Assembly: GCF_964355755.1 (NCBI RefSeq)
Contig: NC_092673.1
Coordinates: forward strand, 29,199,648 to 29,263,647
Direction of reading: 5' to 3'
DNA length: 64,000 nucleotides
Source: Antedon mediterranea
Taxonomy: Eukaryota > Animalia > Echinodermata
Under the pieces are notes generated by a model that saw only the letters and a program-made list of their open reading frames with translations, was not told the DNA's origin and did no database searches. Below, piece after piece: positions 52,792 to 64,000 of this stretch (within the stretch, counting starts at the first letter, position 1; each line of letters starts with the position of its first letter). The position numbers and the translations under genes are program-made.

Positions 52792-54723
52792 ATGATATTG
52801 TCAACTTTCATTGCTAGAGTGGCTGATGGACTTCCACTAGTAGCGTCCATGCAGGAGGATGAGCAGGTGAGAACCGGATGAACACATAAAGTCGGTGACA
52901 GATATTTTAAAATTGGTCCTGTTTTATTTGGGTTGCAATTCTTACCTTTAGCAATGAAATCAACTTCTCATATTTTGTGTGATTTTGATGAATATTATTG
53001 ACTTTACTCACCATCAGTTTTATTGCGTTCAATACAAGGCCAGGGTTAGGCTGTCTTTATTAATACTCATGACTGATAAATTAATTGCGTTTTAACCTTA
53101 TTTTTATGTACGGTACACTAGTAGTTGTTTTTTATATTAAGACAAGTATTGTAAGGAATTTTGCTTTAATATAAATTTTGATTTATTTTTTTACAGATAG
53201 GAAGAAGTTTATCTGAATATCAAAAACAAGCAAAGCTTCTGTTTTCTAAGATGAATCAATCTTCACCACCTAAATTAAGCATAGCAACTGAGCCATACAT
53301 ATTTCAGTAAGGAAACTAATAGATGTTGTCTTTAATAAATTAATTAATGTAATCATTGAAAATAAGTTAAGATTTTGTAATTTATTATAAGATTTATTAG
53401 CGCACATCTACTAAAATGCTCAAAGTCCAAAGGAAACTTCATAGAAATGATGTTAAATGTTAAACTACTCCGTAAACGAAATAAAGACAAAACCTGCATA
53501 ACTACAATTTAAACTGGCTAGTACATAGTTCAGGTGCTCTCAGATGTGACCATTTGACTAGACAAATAAAAAAACTAAAAATATATATTGCCACAACCGA
53601 ATGAACTCCATCTGTAAGATTATCTTTTTAAGTACAGCATCTTGCTTATATGTGTGAGCATATTACAGGCATAAAACTGATTTAATGAAAAATATAATTT
53701 TGCAAAATACTGAACTTGTTTTTGTACTAGTAGTATTTGTATGTCACCTATAGATGTGAATTCAGAAATAAATATGAAATTAAATAGTTTTAATAACCAC
53801 TATATTTTCTTATATTTCAGCTATATTATACAAGATGGTGTTTGCTTTTTGGCATTATGTGAAAAATCCTTTAAAATGAATTTAGCATTTCAATATTTAG
53901 AGGACATCCAACAAGAATTTGCTTCAAAATATGGCCGGCGGGTGGCAACAGTCTCTAGACCGTACCCGTTCATTGAATTTGGTAAGTTGCCAATTCCAGA
54001 GATTATGTGTAAAATAAAAATTGACTTTGATAGTGATACTTACATATACATAATTATTTGTATACAAAAACATTTTAATTTCAGACACATATTTATCAAA
54101 AGCTAAGAAAACGTACGTAGACAGCAGACAAAGAAGACATTTAACAGGAATCAAGTCAGAGTTACATGATGTTCAAAGAATTATGGTCCAAAATATTGAT
54201 GACGTCATGCAGAGAGGTATTGCAATCTCAGGTAAGTGTGCATAGTATACCAGTTTTACTGGTGTAACTTTACTTTAAGTATTGTGCAATCATGGTGTGT
54301 CAATGTCGCGTCACTTTACCACACACAATATCAATGTTGTTTCAATCATTGTTCCTCAAAATGGGTGTGTCATGGTCACTTTTTTGACGCAGGGGTGTGT
54401 CATGGTATTCATAAGGTGTGACACACATCGGACAAATGACGCACCTCTCCCAGGAGTCGTATAGTGGGTCATACAATTGACAAGTACATTATAAGCAAGA
54501 AGTAAAGCAAGTCAATAAGTTTAACATTTTGCACAAATAAAATGCGTTTTCTTTTTACTTTTTAGACTTGGATGAAAAAGCAAGTAATTTAGTTTACAAT
54601 TCAGAGAAGTACAAGAGAGACGCAAAAAACCTGAATCTTCGATCCCGAAATGCGAAAATTGCTGCCGTAACGAGCATTGTAGTGACATTCTTAATCTACC
54701 TGAGATTTTGGTGGTTTATATAA
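52792..54723 (+). CDS. SEC22B: Vesicle-trafficking protein SEC22b (longin R-SNARE)
   Basis: Exons 52792-52866 ([25 protein letters not shown]), 53197-53306, 53821-53981 ([10 protein letters not shown]), 54085-54231 ([20 protein letters not shown]) and 54566-54723 (C-terminal TM, LRFWWFI*). Confidence 0.97.
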
Positions 54724-57700
54724 AGCAAATCGACCAGCAAATCTTGTTATAAATGATTCCAGAGTATAATGTATATCGTAAAAGAAACGAAATTGATATT
54801 TTAAATTGAAAAATTATATTGTCATTTGCAATGGATCAAATTCCTTGATTTCGAAGATGGACAATTTTACTACCAACATCACACTCGCACTAACCTGTAT
54901 CTCAACTATTTTATATGCCATTACATTTATCAATACATTTATTATTGAAAATTGAGCACACTTTATTATTGTATTTATCCACCTTTAATTTCATGATTGT
55001 CACAATGTTTCAAAGAGATTTTGGTTTCCTAAAAGGTTGGGATCTATGATTTAAACCACTTCCCTTCCCAAATGAGAAAAAATTGCCTTTATTTAATTCA
55101 ACTATTGAACAAGAGGCTAAACTTGTTTCCCACCATGATGTAAACGTAAGCGCAATGCAAGTAATTTGACCAATCACAAGCAATGGATTATCCAAACTGT
55201 CGATTTTTCTTAGCATCATAGTGGGAACTAAGTTTAACAGACCTGCAAGATACAGTATTAATATGCATACTAAATGCTATATAATTAGATAATCATAATA
55301 TATGTTTGAGGTTTTGACACTTAATAATTTGTAGTACGACTGTGGGGTCCAATGGTAAATTCTGATTCTATGTTTTATCCCATATAGGACTGTTCAAATG
55401 AAAAGTAATGTATGTATTTCAGCAGTTAAAAAGTAGCAACTTTATGTAGACCTACTGTAGTTTGAAAGTGTATATAACTCTCCTAAAATAGCTTGTCTTT
55501 TTGCTACATTGTATATTATGTTGAAGTTAGAAAATAAGAATAAAATCACAAATATTTAATGACGACTAAAACATTCTTTTAGCTCCAGTGTTATTTTGAG
55601 GATGAAGATTGAATTTTTATTTTAATATTCCGATGGATTTTATATCATCTCAAATATTAATGTGTAGGGTATGGGTAAACAATTTGGTGAAAATTAGGGG
55701 ATGGGGTTATACTCCGATTTACCAAAAGTAAGCATTAACTTGGCCATATATGGTAATTACACTGTTTTTAAACAAACTTGTGGAAAACGAGACACTATTA
55801 TTATAACAAGTCGCACTATGAACAAAATACAAACTAGATAAATTTGCTTGTAAATAATAAAATGTATATTTACACACCATTGACAATAGTAGCCTGCTAT
55901 CTCTCATACTGGTTCAAGTATAACTATAGTACATTATCAACTATACCCAACTCTTACTTTAAGGCTTACTATGCCTTGTATACTAATATTAGTATACCAT
56001 ATTATATGTGTCAATATTGTATTGTAGACGAACTTTATATACTGAGAGTATTTTACATTATAACAATCATTATTTAATTTATTGTTATGAAAAAAGAAAT
56101 TCTTTTAATATATAAAATGATTTATGAATGATGCGGACTGTTATCAGATAATCCATCTACATTGATTAACATAAAGATCTAACAGGTGGCTACGTAATAC
56201 ATTATCTTAATTATAAATACATTTCGTACAAAACATTGTAAAAAAAAGAAGAAAAAAATTAACATTCAAATTCACAGAACTCGTGTTTAATAATTGATGT
56301 ACTTCAATTATTCATAAAATCTTGTAACATACCACTAAATAACTATGTAATAATTGTGATATTAATATCTATTTATAAACATCAATCATGCTTTCATAAA
56401 AGTTGAAATTGGAACAAAAGGATTTTAGATATTAAATGAAAGACAGGTATATAATTTGACAAAAAGAAACGTATCAACAATTTCTATTGTATGCAGCTAG
56501 TTCCATACAAAAACATAATGGCAGTATACCTTATAGATGAACTAATATAAATTATACCGGTTGTGGTCAGTAACTTTTATTTTGCCGATTTATAGTATGA
56601 ATAGAAGTACATGGTGTATGTTCGAATCATGTTTGTCTTTTAATGGCTTGGTAGAACTTCTTGAAAATTTGAAGTGTTTTTCAAGACATTTTGTCTCAAA
56701 AAAGAACCCAAATCCTAATTTTTTCCGTGTAAGGATTAAGTGGGTTGTCCTGAATCCATTGTGCTTTTTTGTACAGTTTATAGATGCAAAATAAGGGGTT
56801 AATAGGAACCACACTATACAGTAATTATGGATAAATTCAGACTATTCTGTGATTTTAAGGAATATCCAAAATTGTATTAAAAGTGAATAATATTTGTAAA
56901 GTGAATTATATTTAGACTTTTGTATAATCGGGTTAAACAACTAAATTGTTGCCATAATCAATGGTATTTGAAAATAAAATATAAATTATAATATGGTTAT
57001 AAAATAATAATTTTAAATTATTTCTATCGTTAATTTAGTTTTCAGTACAGTATTTAATTGTCCAAATCAAATTTTAAGATAATAAATTAGACAAAATATC
57101 TATTTTAATAAAATCTAGGTGGAATCTAAAATGAAATTAAAATTTATGTAAATGCATTTTAACATGCATAAATCATCATTTGCATACATTAAATCCTGGG
57201 CACCTGTTTCACCAATCAGCACCTTTCAGGAATGAAATCATTATCAAACGCTTGCTATAACATTTTATGTGTGGTATTTTGTTTAATACATAGGCTCTAA
57301 CTACATCATTTATTATTTATAAAAATTGCTTGTCATTCTTTACATTAATATTATAATGATGAAAAATGTATTAACACTGTAAAAATAATATTATTTAATT
57401 TAATGTGATAACCACTCTACTATTCGCATATTATAAATCTGCATGTGATTTATATTGTTTATAAGGGCATAATTAGTTTTTAACTTCAGTAACTAGGGTG
57501 TTAAGAACGCTATGCAATTTTCTAATGCTGCTTTGCTTATCAAACCTTTTTTTTTTGTATGTACACACACCAATGGAAGAACTCAACTAACAGTAATGAT
57601 TAACGCTGCAAACATTTCGCTGTGTACTTTAAAAATAAAAACATATTTCAATATATTATATTTCTAATCCTAATAAGGACTTTTAGACATAAATGCTTAC

Positions 57701-57837
57701 ATTTTATTGGGAAATATGACATTTTACAACATTTGGGTTGGTTCATTCAGCACTGTAGATAATACATGCTGATAAAAATGTTTTTATGTACAAAAATATT
57801 GTAATTGGAATCATCTCGCCTAACTAGTGAGCTTCTT

Positions 57838-57979
57838 AATCTCTGTCTACATTATCAAACTAGTTTGACAAAAAAAGTGTGATGTGTCCAAATATGGTGG
57901 TGATATGACATCATCATGTCCATATATGGGCACATCACATTTTTTTGTCACATAAAATTTGATAGTGTAGACAGAGCTT
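57838..57979. mobile_element. MITE family A (TIR AGCTCTGTCTACACTATCAAACT, TAA/TTA flanks), PIF/Harbinger-like, about 20 copies
   Basis: Copies at ~16586-16684, 23914-24064, 28964-29281 (2), 31265-31410, 32528-32667, 33659-33796, 34535-34568, 36084-36244, 36945-37183 (2), 41318-41450, 44130-44234, 44402-44558, 46535-46652, 50060-50217, 57838-57979, 58310-58442, 58749-58908, 59734-59876, 62314-62454, 62735-62861 and 63680-63795. The internal 21-bp unit TGCCCAAATATGGTAGTGATA is present in 1-3 copies. Confidence 0.9.
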
Positions 57980-58934
57980 AAGATATATCTATATTAATTA
58001 AACTTATATGAAATAATATATGATTTTGTAATTTTACATTATTTTGGCAAATTTGTTTAAATCTGAAATGTATTCCATTCTACTGGGTTTGTAGTCTGAA
58101 TCATGAAAATCCCAAAACATTTTTCTAATAAAATAATAATTGCATACATTAGATAGATACTAAAAAAACACCAGAAATATCATACTAACTCATAAATACA
58201 TACATATTTTTATATATTTCTTTAATAGACTGGCTGTTTTACTTTATCGTTTTTTTGCATTTTGCCTATTTTTATTTGTATAGCCATTATGATTCAGCCC
58301 CATTTCCGTCTGACAAAAAAAGTGTGATGTGTCCAAATATGGTGGTGCTATGCCTAAATATAGTAGCGATATGACATCATCATGTCTATATATGGGTACA
58401 TCACATTTTTTCACATAAAGTTTGATAGTGTAGGAAGAGCTTTATGATTTTAATTTATATTGTAAATATTTGTTAGGTTACCAGAGAACATTTAAATGGT
58501 ACAATTTATAAGTTATGTCTTTTTTCGGTTTAGGCACCAACATATTTAAATTTGAGACAGCGTGTAGATATTGCGGCTTTCCTAATATTTAGTATAAAAT
58601 CAAACGATTGAAATTGTAATAACAACCAATAGAAAATAGGCAAATTATTTAGTAGCTCAAAAAATATGTTGAAGAAGAGATAAAACTAAACACAATTATT
58701 TTAACCGCATCAAATTGAATGTGGCCTGGCGCTGACCAGTCATACATTAAGCTCTGTCTAAACTATTACACTAGTTTCACAAAAAAAGTGTGATGTGCCC
58801 AAATATGGTAGTGATATTCCCAAATATGGTAGTTATATGACGTCACCATATCCATATATGGGCACACCACATTTTTTCACATAAAGTTTGATAGTGTAGA
58901 CAGAGCTTTATGCACTTATCATATCATTTATTGT

Positions 58935-60131
58935 TTAATTATCTATTTGTATGTATGAAGTAGGAACATAGCCCTCTTCACTGCCCTTGCGCACACGAGT
59001 CCAACCATCTCCGCTGTCATACTCCATAACATCATATGTATCGTCTGCTTGCAAACTTAGCGATGACCCTTCCGTGGCTGAGAGAAAAAAAAAATCTTAT
59101 TTCAAAATAGTAGGATTTAACATCACCTTTTTTAATTGTCAAATGGTGCTTGTTCGTCTCTCAAAAAAACAGGGGCTAGAATGGATCAGTACACCAGAAT
59201 AACTCCATTAATCTTTTGAAGATGTACATCTTCAAAAGAGAAATGGAGTCTTTAAAAGTGCACACATGCTATTGTGTACACTAGACCTCCTCCGAGAAGT
59301 CTAAAAATATGATTGAGGAAAGCCTTCAACCTGTACCGATATTATAGCTATAGTTTGTAATACCCCTACAATAACTGCTCAGCCACACGATAACAACATA
59401 TTGTCTAACTGAGGCTACTCAGGTATGACATTGGATAGAGTTATGAATAAAGTTGTATAATTACCATCAAAGGAATATAGAGCAATACATGTACATAAGA
59501 CAACCTCGTCACCAAAGTCCTCATCAAATGTGCTCTCTGGCCGCAGCTGACCAATGCTGAAAGACAAGTGTATGTTTTGGTCACTCTTATACTGGACACC
59601 TTTGGACTGGCCTAATATGTCTGGTATCAGGAAAATGTCTAGTATTGGGAAAGTGGACTGTGTATATTCAAGAAAGGATACATATGTTTTGTGGTTGATG
59701 AATGTTTGAATAGATACCTGGAATGGTAAGCTTAAGCTCTGTTTACACTATCAAACTAGTTTAACAACAAAAAAGTGTGATGTGCCCAAATATGGTAGTG
59801 ATATGACATCATCATGTCAATATATGGGCACATCACATTTTTTGTCACATAAAATTTGATAGTGTAGACAGAGCTTAAGATAGCTGACTGAATCAGATAC
59901 CTACCTATGTCTACTGTCATCAAATGTAGAGTTTGCTGGTGATGATGCATTTGGCAGAGACTGAGTACTGGAGGTGCTAAGCCCATCAATAGGGGGTGGT
60001 GCTGGGATTGTAAAATCTGGGGGTGGTGGTGTACTTGCGTTTTGGCTGGGGCTGTTAACTTGTTCCTTCGGAAGTGTTTGACTTTTGCCACTTGTAGACA
60101 CAGGTTTGCCTTCTGCCTTGTCCATAAACGA
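58935..60131 (-). CDS. 3' exons of a formin-binding protein 1 / TOCA-1 / CIP4 family gene (C-terminal SH3); upstream exons not identified in the window
   Basis: Exons 60131-59905, 59556-59465 ([23 protein letters not shown]) and 59077-58935 ([25 protein letters not shown]). [15 protein letters not shown] preceded by FDEDF is typical of FNBP1/FNBP1L/TRIP10. Confidence 0.85.
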
Positions 60132-60504
60132 CTGTAGAAAAATAAAAATAAATACCAACATTTAAAACTATCAACGTCACCAAATAAATGTTTATTTTGA
60201 CTTAGAATTAAGATAACAATTCTTTTTTATAATATAGACAGTAAATACATTTTCTGGGCCCACCAATTTTTTTTTTGTGGTATTAATGCACATTTAGTAT
60301 TGCATTATATCATTAATCAGTGTTTAATTTTTTTCACAGGCTTTGTTTGCTCACATATATGCATACTTTATTTGAGTAAACAAACAAACAACAAAATTGA
60401 AGGTGATTGGATTTGACTGGGCTATAGTGAATGATGATGTACCATGAATCCCAAATAAAGAGGGTAACTATGAGCTTCAGTTATCTATATTCCCATTTAT
60501 TGTG

Positions 60505-60938
60505 TATTATCCCTTCCGGTCTATTCACTCTTGCCATCTATTCACCCTTGTCATCTATTCACCCTTTCCATCTATTCACCCTTCCCACCTATTTTCCCTC
60601 CTCGTCTATTCACCCTTTCTATCTATTTCTTTTCCTGTCTATTCACCCTTCTCTCTATTCACCCTTCCCGTCTATTCATCCTTCCCATCTATTCATCCTT
60701 CCCATCTATTCACTCTTCCCGTCTAATTCACCCATCCCACCTATTTCCCGTCCCCGTCTATTCACCATTCCCATCTATTCACCCTTCCCTTCAATTCACC
60801 CATCCTTCTATTCACCCTTTCCGTCTATTCACTCTTTCCGTCTATTCACCCTTTCCGTCTATTCACCCTTTCCGTCTATTCACCCTTTCCGTCTATTCAC
60901 CCTTCCCGTCTATTCACCCTTCCCATCTATTTCCCTTC
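60505..60938. repeat. 17-bp pyrimidine-rich minisatellite, about 25 copies
   Basis: Unit TCTATTCACCCTT[CT]CC[AG]; source of three spurious overlapping ORFs. Confidence 0.92.
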
Positions 60939-63900
60939 AAATTTTGTTCAATATAATGCCTATGATTATATTAAAAGAATATAATGAAGAACACACTCAT
61001 CTAAATACTACAAACAACACAACAAAATGACTGTATACATGTATTAGTGATAACGTTGTTGAAATGTTTTGTTATGTATAACAATAAATAAATAAATGAC
61101 AATTATAACAAATGAACACAATTCTGGTATTAAATCATAAAAATGACAGAATACTAAACTGGTGACCAAACATCAATGGGACAAATGAGTTACAACCTGA
61201 AGCTTTTTGCTGTCAACAAATTTAAATGTTATCCTTTTATGAAATAAATATCACACTTAAATCTCATTTGTGTGTCATCATGATTGTGGTACTATAATTT
61301 GACTCAATTATACAATTTTTCTTTTAAGTGTTCAATTTTGCGCATTTTTATTCAAAGGCGTTCATGCATGCAAGCTTGAGATCCTGTTAGAATAAAAAGT
61401 AGATTAAGCGCATGTTCACACTTTTGCAAAACCAGAGATTCACATTAAGCCATCATCATGTTAGACCTCATTTCACACCTATGCTGCCAAACAACGTATA
61501 TTAAGCCAGGTGAAAATGTACTGTAGCATAATTATGTAATATACACAATTTGATCTGAACAAACAGTTGATTAGCAAAAGCTATGTGAAACGCATCAACA
61601 TTGTTAGTGTATACCAGCATGTCACTCTGACCAGCTTTAAGCTAGGTCCTCCCATAGATGCAAGGATGTAAATGCACCGCAAATTGACCAATCACGTCGT
61701 GATGGATCATCCGAACTGTCTCTTGTGATTGGTCAATTTTCAATTGACAATGCATCGTGGGAACCAAGCTTTAGATAATACCATCTTAATGCATTGACAA
61801 CATTCAAGTACAAACTGATATGAACATAGTGTTATGAAGCAGACAGTTGAATTTAAATTAACATTAACGCTCACATTTGTACTGCAATGCTTCAACAAAT
61901 TTGTTTAAAAGATTAGCTGTTAATACAATATAATTAAATTTAAAATACAATTCAAATATTTTGTGATAATTTTGTTGCTATTCAAAGCAATTCAGTTTAT
62001 TTATATACAGCAATGAGTTATTGCATTTCGCACTAGAAATTTTCCTATTCTTTAATTAGAAATTAATGGCTATATAAGTTAAGTTACTTGTAGACAAGAT
62101 ATAATTATATTCTATGCATCAACTAAATTCTAACTGTGTGAATAATATTGTTAGTCATTAAAACAAACTAGCTCTAATATGAAAACCTAAACAAATTATT
62201 TAAAGTTGAACTCTTGCTTGATATTATTAGAAACTAAAATGAAATAAGTATTATCAAATCCGAAGCTATCAGCTTTTCAAAAGATTTTATGAAGAAAAAA
62301 ACAACAAACATAACACTCTGTCTACACTATCAAACTATTTTGACCAAAAAAGTGTGATGTGCCCAAATATGGTAGTGATATGAAATCATCGTGTCCATAT
62401 ATGGGCACATCATATTTTTTTGTCACATAAAGTTTAATAGTGTAGACAGAGCTTTAGAAAAAATGACAAATGAAAGGGGGAAAAAATGAAAATTGGAAAA
62501 ACAAGCCATTCTCATAGCAAATAAGAATGTAAAGCACACATGCAAACTTAAACTCCAAAAGCATGCAGTAAAATGAACATGCAGCACACATGGTTTATAG
62601 GCTGGACTGAGCATGGCACCACATACTACAATATAGACAAAGCCTATATATATATATATGATCACTATTCATAATATATTGGTATATTTATTACAATCAC
62701 CTTCACAGTAAAACTGAATTGAGATTTTAATGCTCAAACTTTATGACAAAAAAGTGTGATGTTCCCAAATATGGTAGTTTTTATGACATCATCATGTCCA
62801 TATATGGGCACACACATCACATTTTGATGTCACATAAAGTTTGATAGTGTAGATAGAACTTTACTTATTTTTATAAAATGCCAAATTCTGAAAGTTATCA
62901 TCCTCCTCATTGGTTTGTAAACATTTGTTTGTAATGCTTGACTGCTTCGTAGTATGTGGTGATGCATACTACCATTGAAAGTACCTGAAAATGATACTTA
63001 CGTTGCGATTACTACTATTGCTATAAGGTGCATTACCCACATATTTCTAGAGGTATGGAAAGAAGGGCATGAACATTTGAAAAAAATATTCAATAAATAT
63101 TATCTCTGCTCACATGGGATGTTGCCCTTTGACCTCCATAGCAACCAAAACATGGCCAATTAAAACACACCAATAAGATGGTACTTTGAATCTGATGTTG
63201 ACAAAACAAGTTTAAAATGTTTTAAATTTAATTTCTTCTTATTGAAAGTTATTTTAGTTTACGACTGAGATGATATTTCGCAAGTAATATAATACATTTT
63301 TTAAAACCCATAAAATTACTATGCAAGTATTACATAGAACTAGTATTTTATTTAAAAGGATCAAAATGCAGAACAAAAATATGAAAATATATGTATATGA
63401 AAAATATGAAAACAGGCGTTATGATAAATGATAAAACAAGCTATATATTGTAACCATAGAAACAAATAACAAGAATACATGGACAATATTAGTATTAATC
63501 CTTAAATACATTAAATACCACTTAAAATGTCTCTAATAAAATAACCAAAAAACAGCCAAATTACTACCAATATAAATAATAACATTAAATAAAATAATAA
63601 TGTTCACTTGCATGTGATGGGTCATGGCACCATGAGCGTCTCTTTGAAGGAAACAATTAAAAAAAAGATGTATTGCTTTAAGCTCTGTCCACACTATCAA
63701 ACTTTATGTTACCAAACAAATGTGATGTGCCCATATGATGATGTCATATCACTACCATATTTTATCAAAATAGTTTGATAGTGTAGATAGAGCTTAAGAT
63801 GTGAAATAATAATAAGGTATTTTTTGTCACATGTTACTATCTGGCATATTCCAATATTCATTTTTAATTTTTTCTATAATTATGATTAGATGATGGTAGT

Positions 63901-64000
63901 GATACTGACAATGGTGGTATAAAAGATAGTGGATGGATTGCCAGCAATGAACAGCAATTGTATTAGCACCAACAGCAAAAATGTTGGCAATGATTTAAAA

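Noticed and set aside
60431-61030. 199-aa and overlapping Pro/Ser/Phe-rich ORFs
   Set aside because: They arise from the 17-bp minisatellite, which is largely free of stop codons.
62845-62990. Possible upstream exon of the FNBP1-like gene
   Set aside because: An acceptor-like site exists, but no frame resembles F-BAR or HR1 sequence.

Overview
AT-rich, intron-containing animal genomic DNA. It is probably from an invertebrate deuterostome such as an echinoderm; this is inferred only from the 5-CCP factor B and the gene structures. Exons below were spliced by hand from GT/AG boundaries. From left to right the window holds: (1) a tandem array of at least three divergent class I (WSXWS-type) cytokine-receptor genes on the + strand (1-11368; the first is cut by the window edge); (2) an intronless ZDHHC24-like palmitoyltransferase with EHHC in place of DHHC; (3) a complete complement factor B/C2 gene on the - strand (5 CCP-vWA-serine protease); (4) SEC16 (-) and SEC22B (+) arranged head-to-head; (5) the 3' end of an FNBP1/FNBP1L/CIP4-type SH3 gene (-). 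Introns contain several MITE families, LINE/SINE remnants and minisatellites. The main find is the receptor array: it has vertebrate-type 1-2-1-0-1 intron phasing, unusual ectodomains and diversified tyrosine tails. It lies about 2.6 kb from factor B, among genes whose human homologues map to the MHC paralogon, so it is a candidate proto-MHC immune locus.
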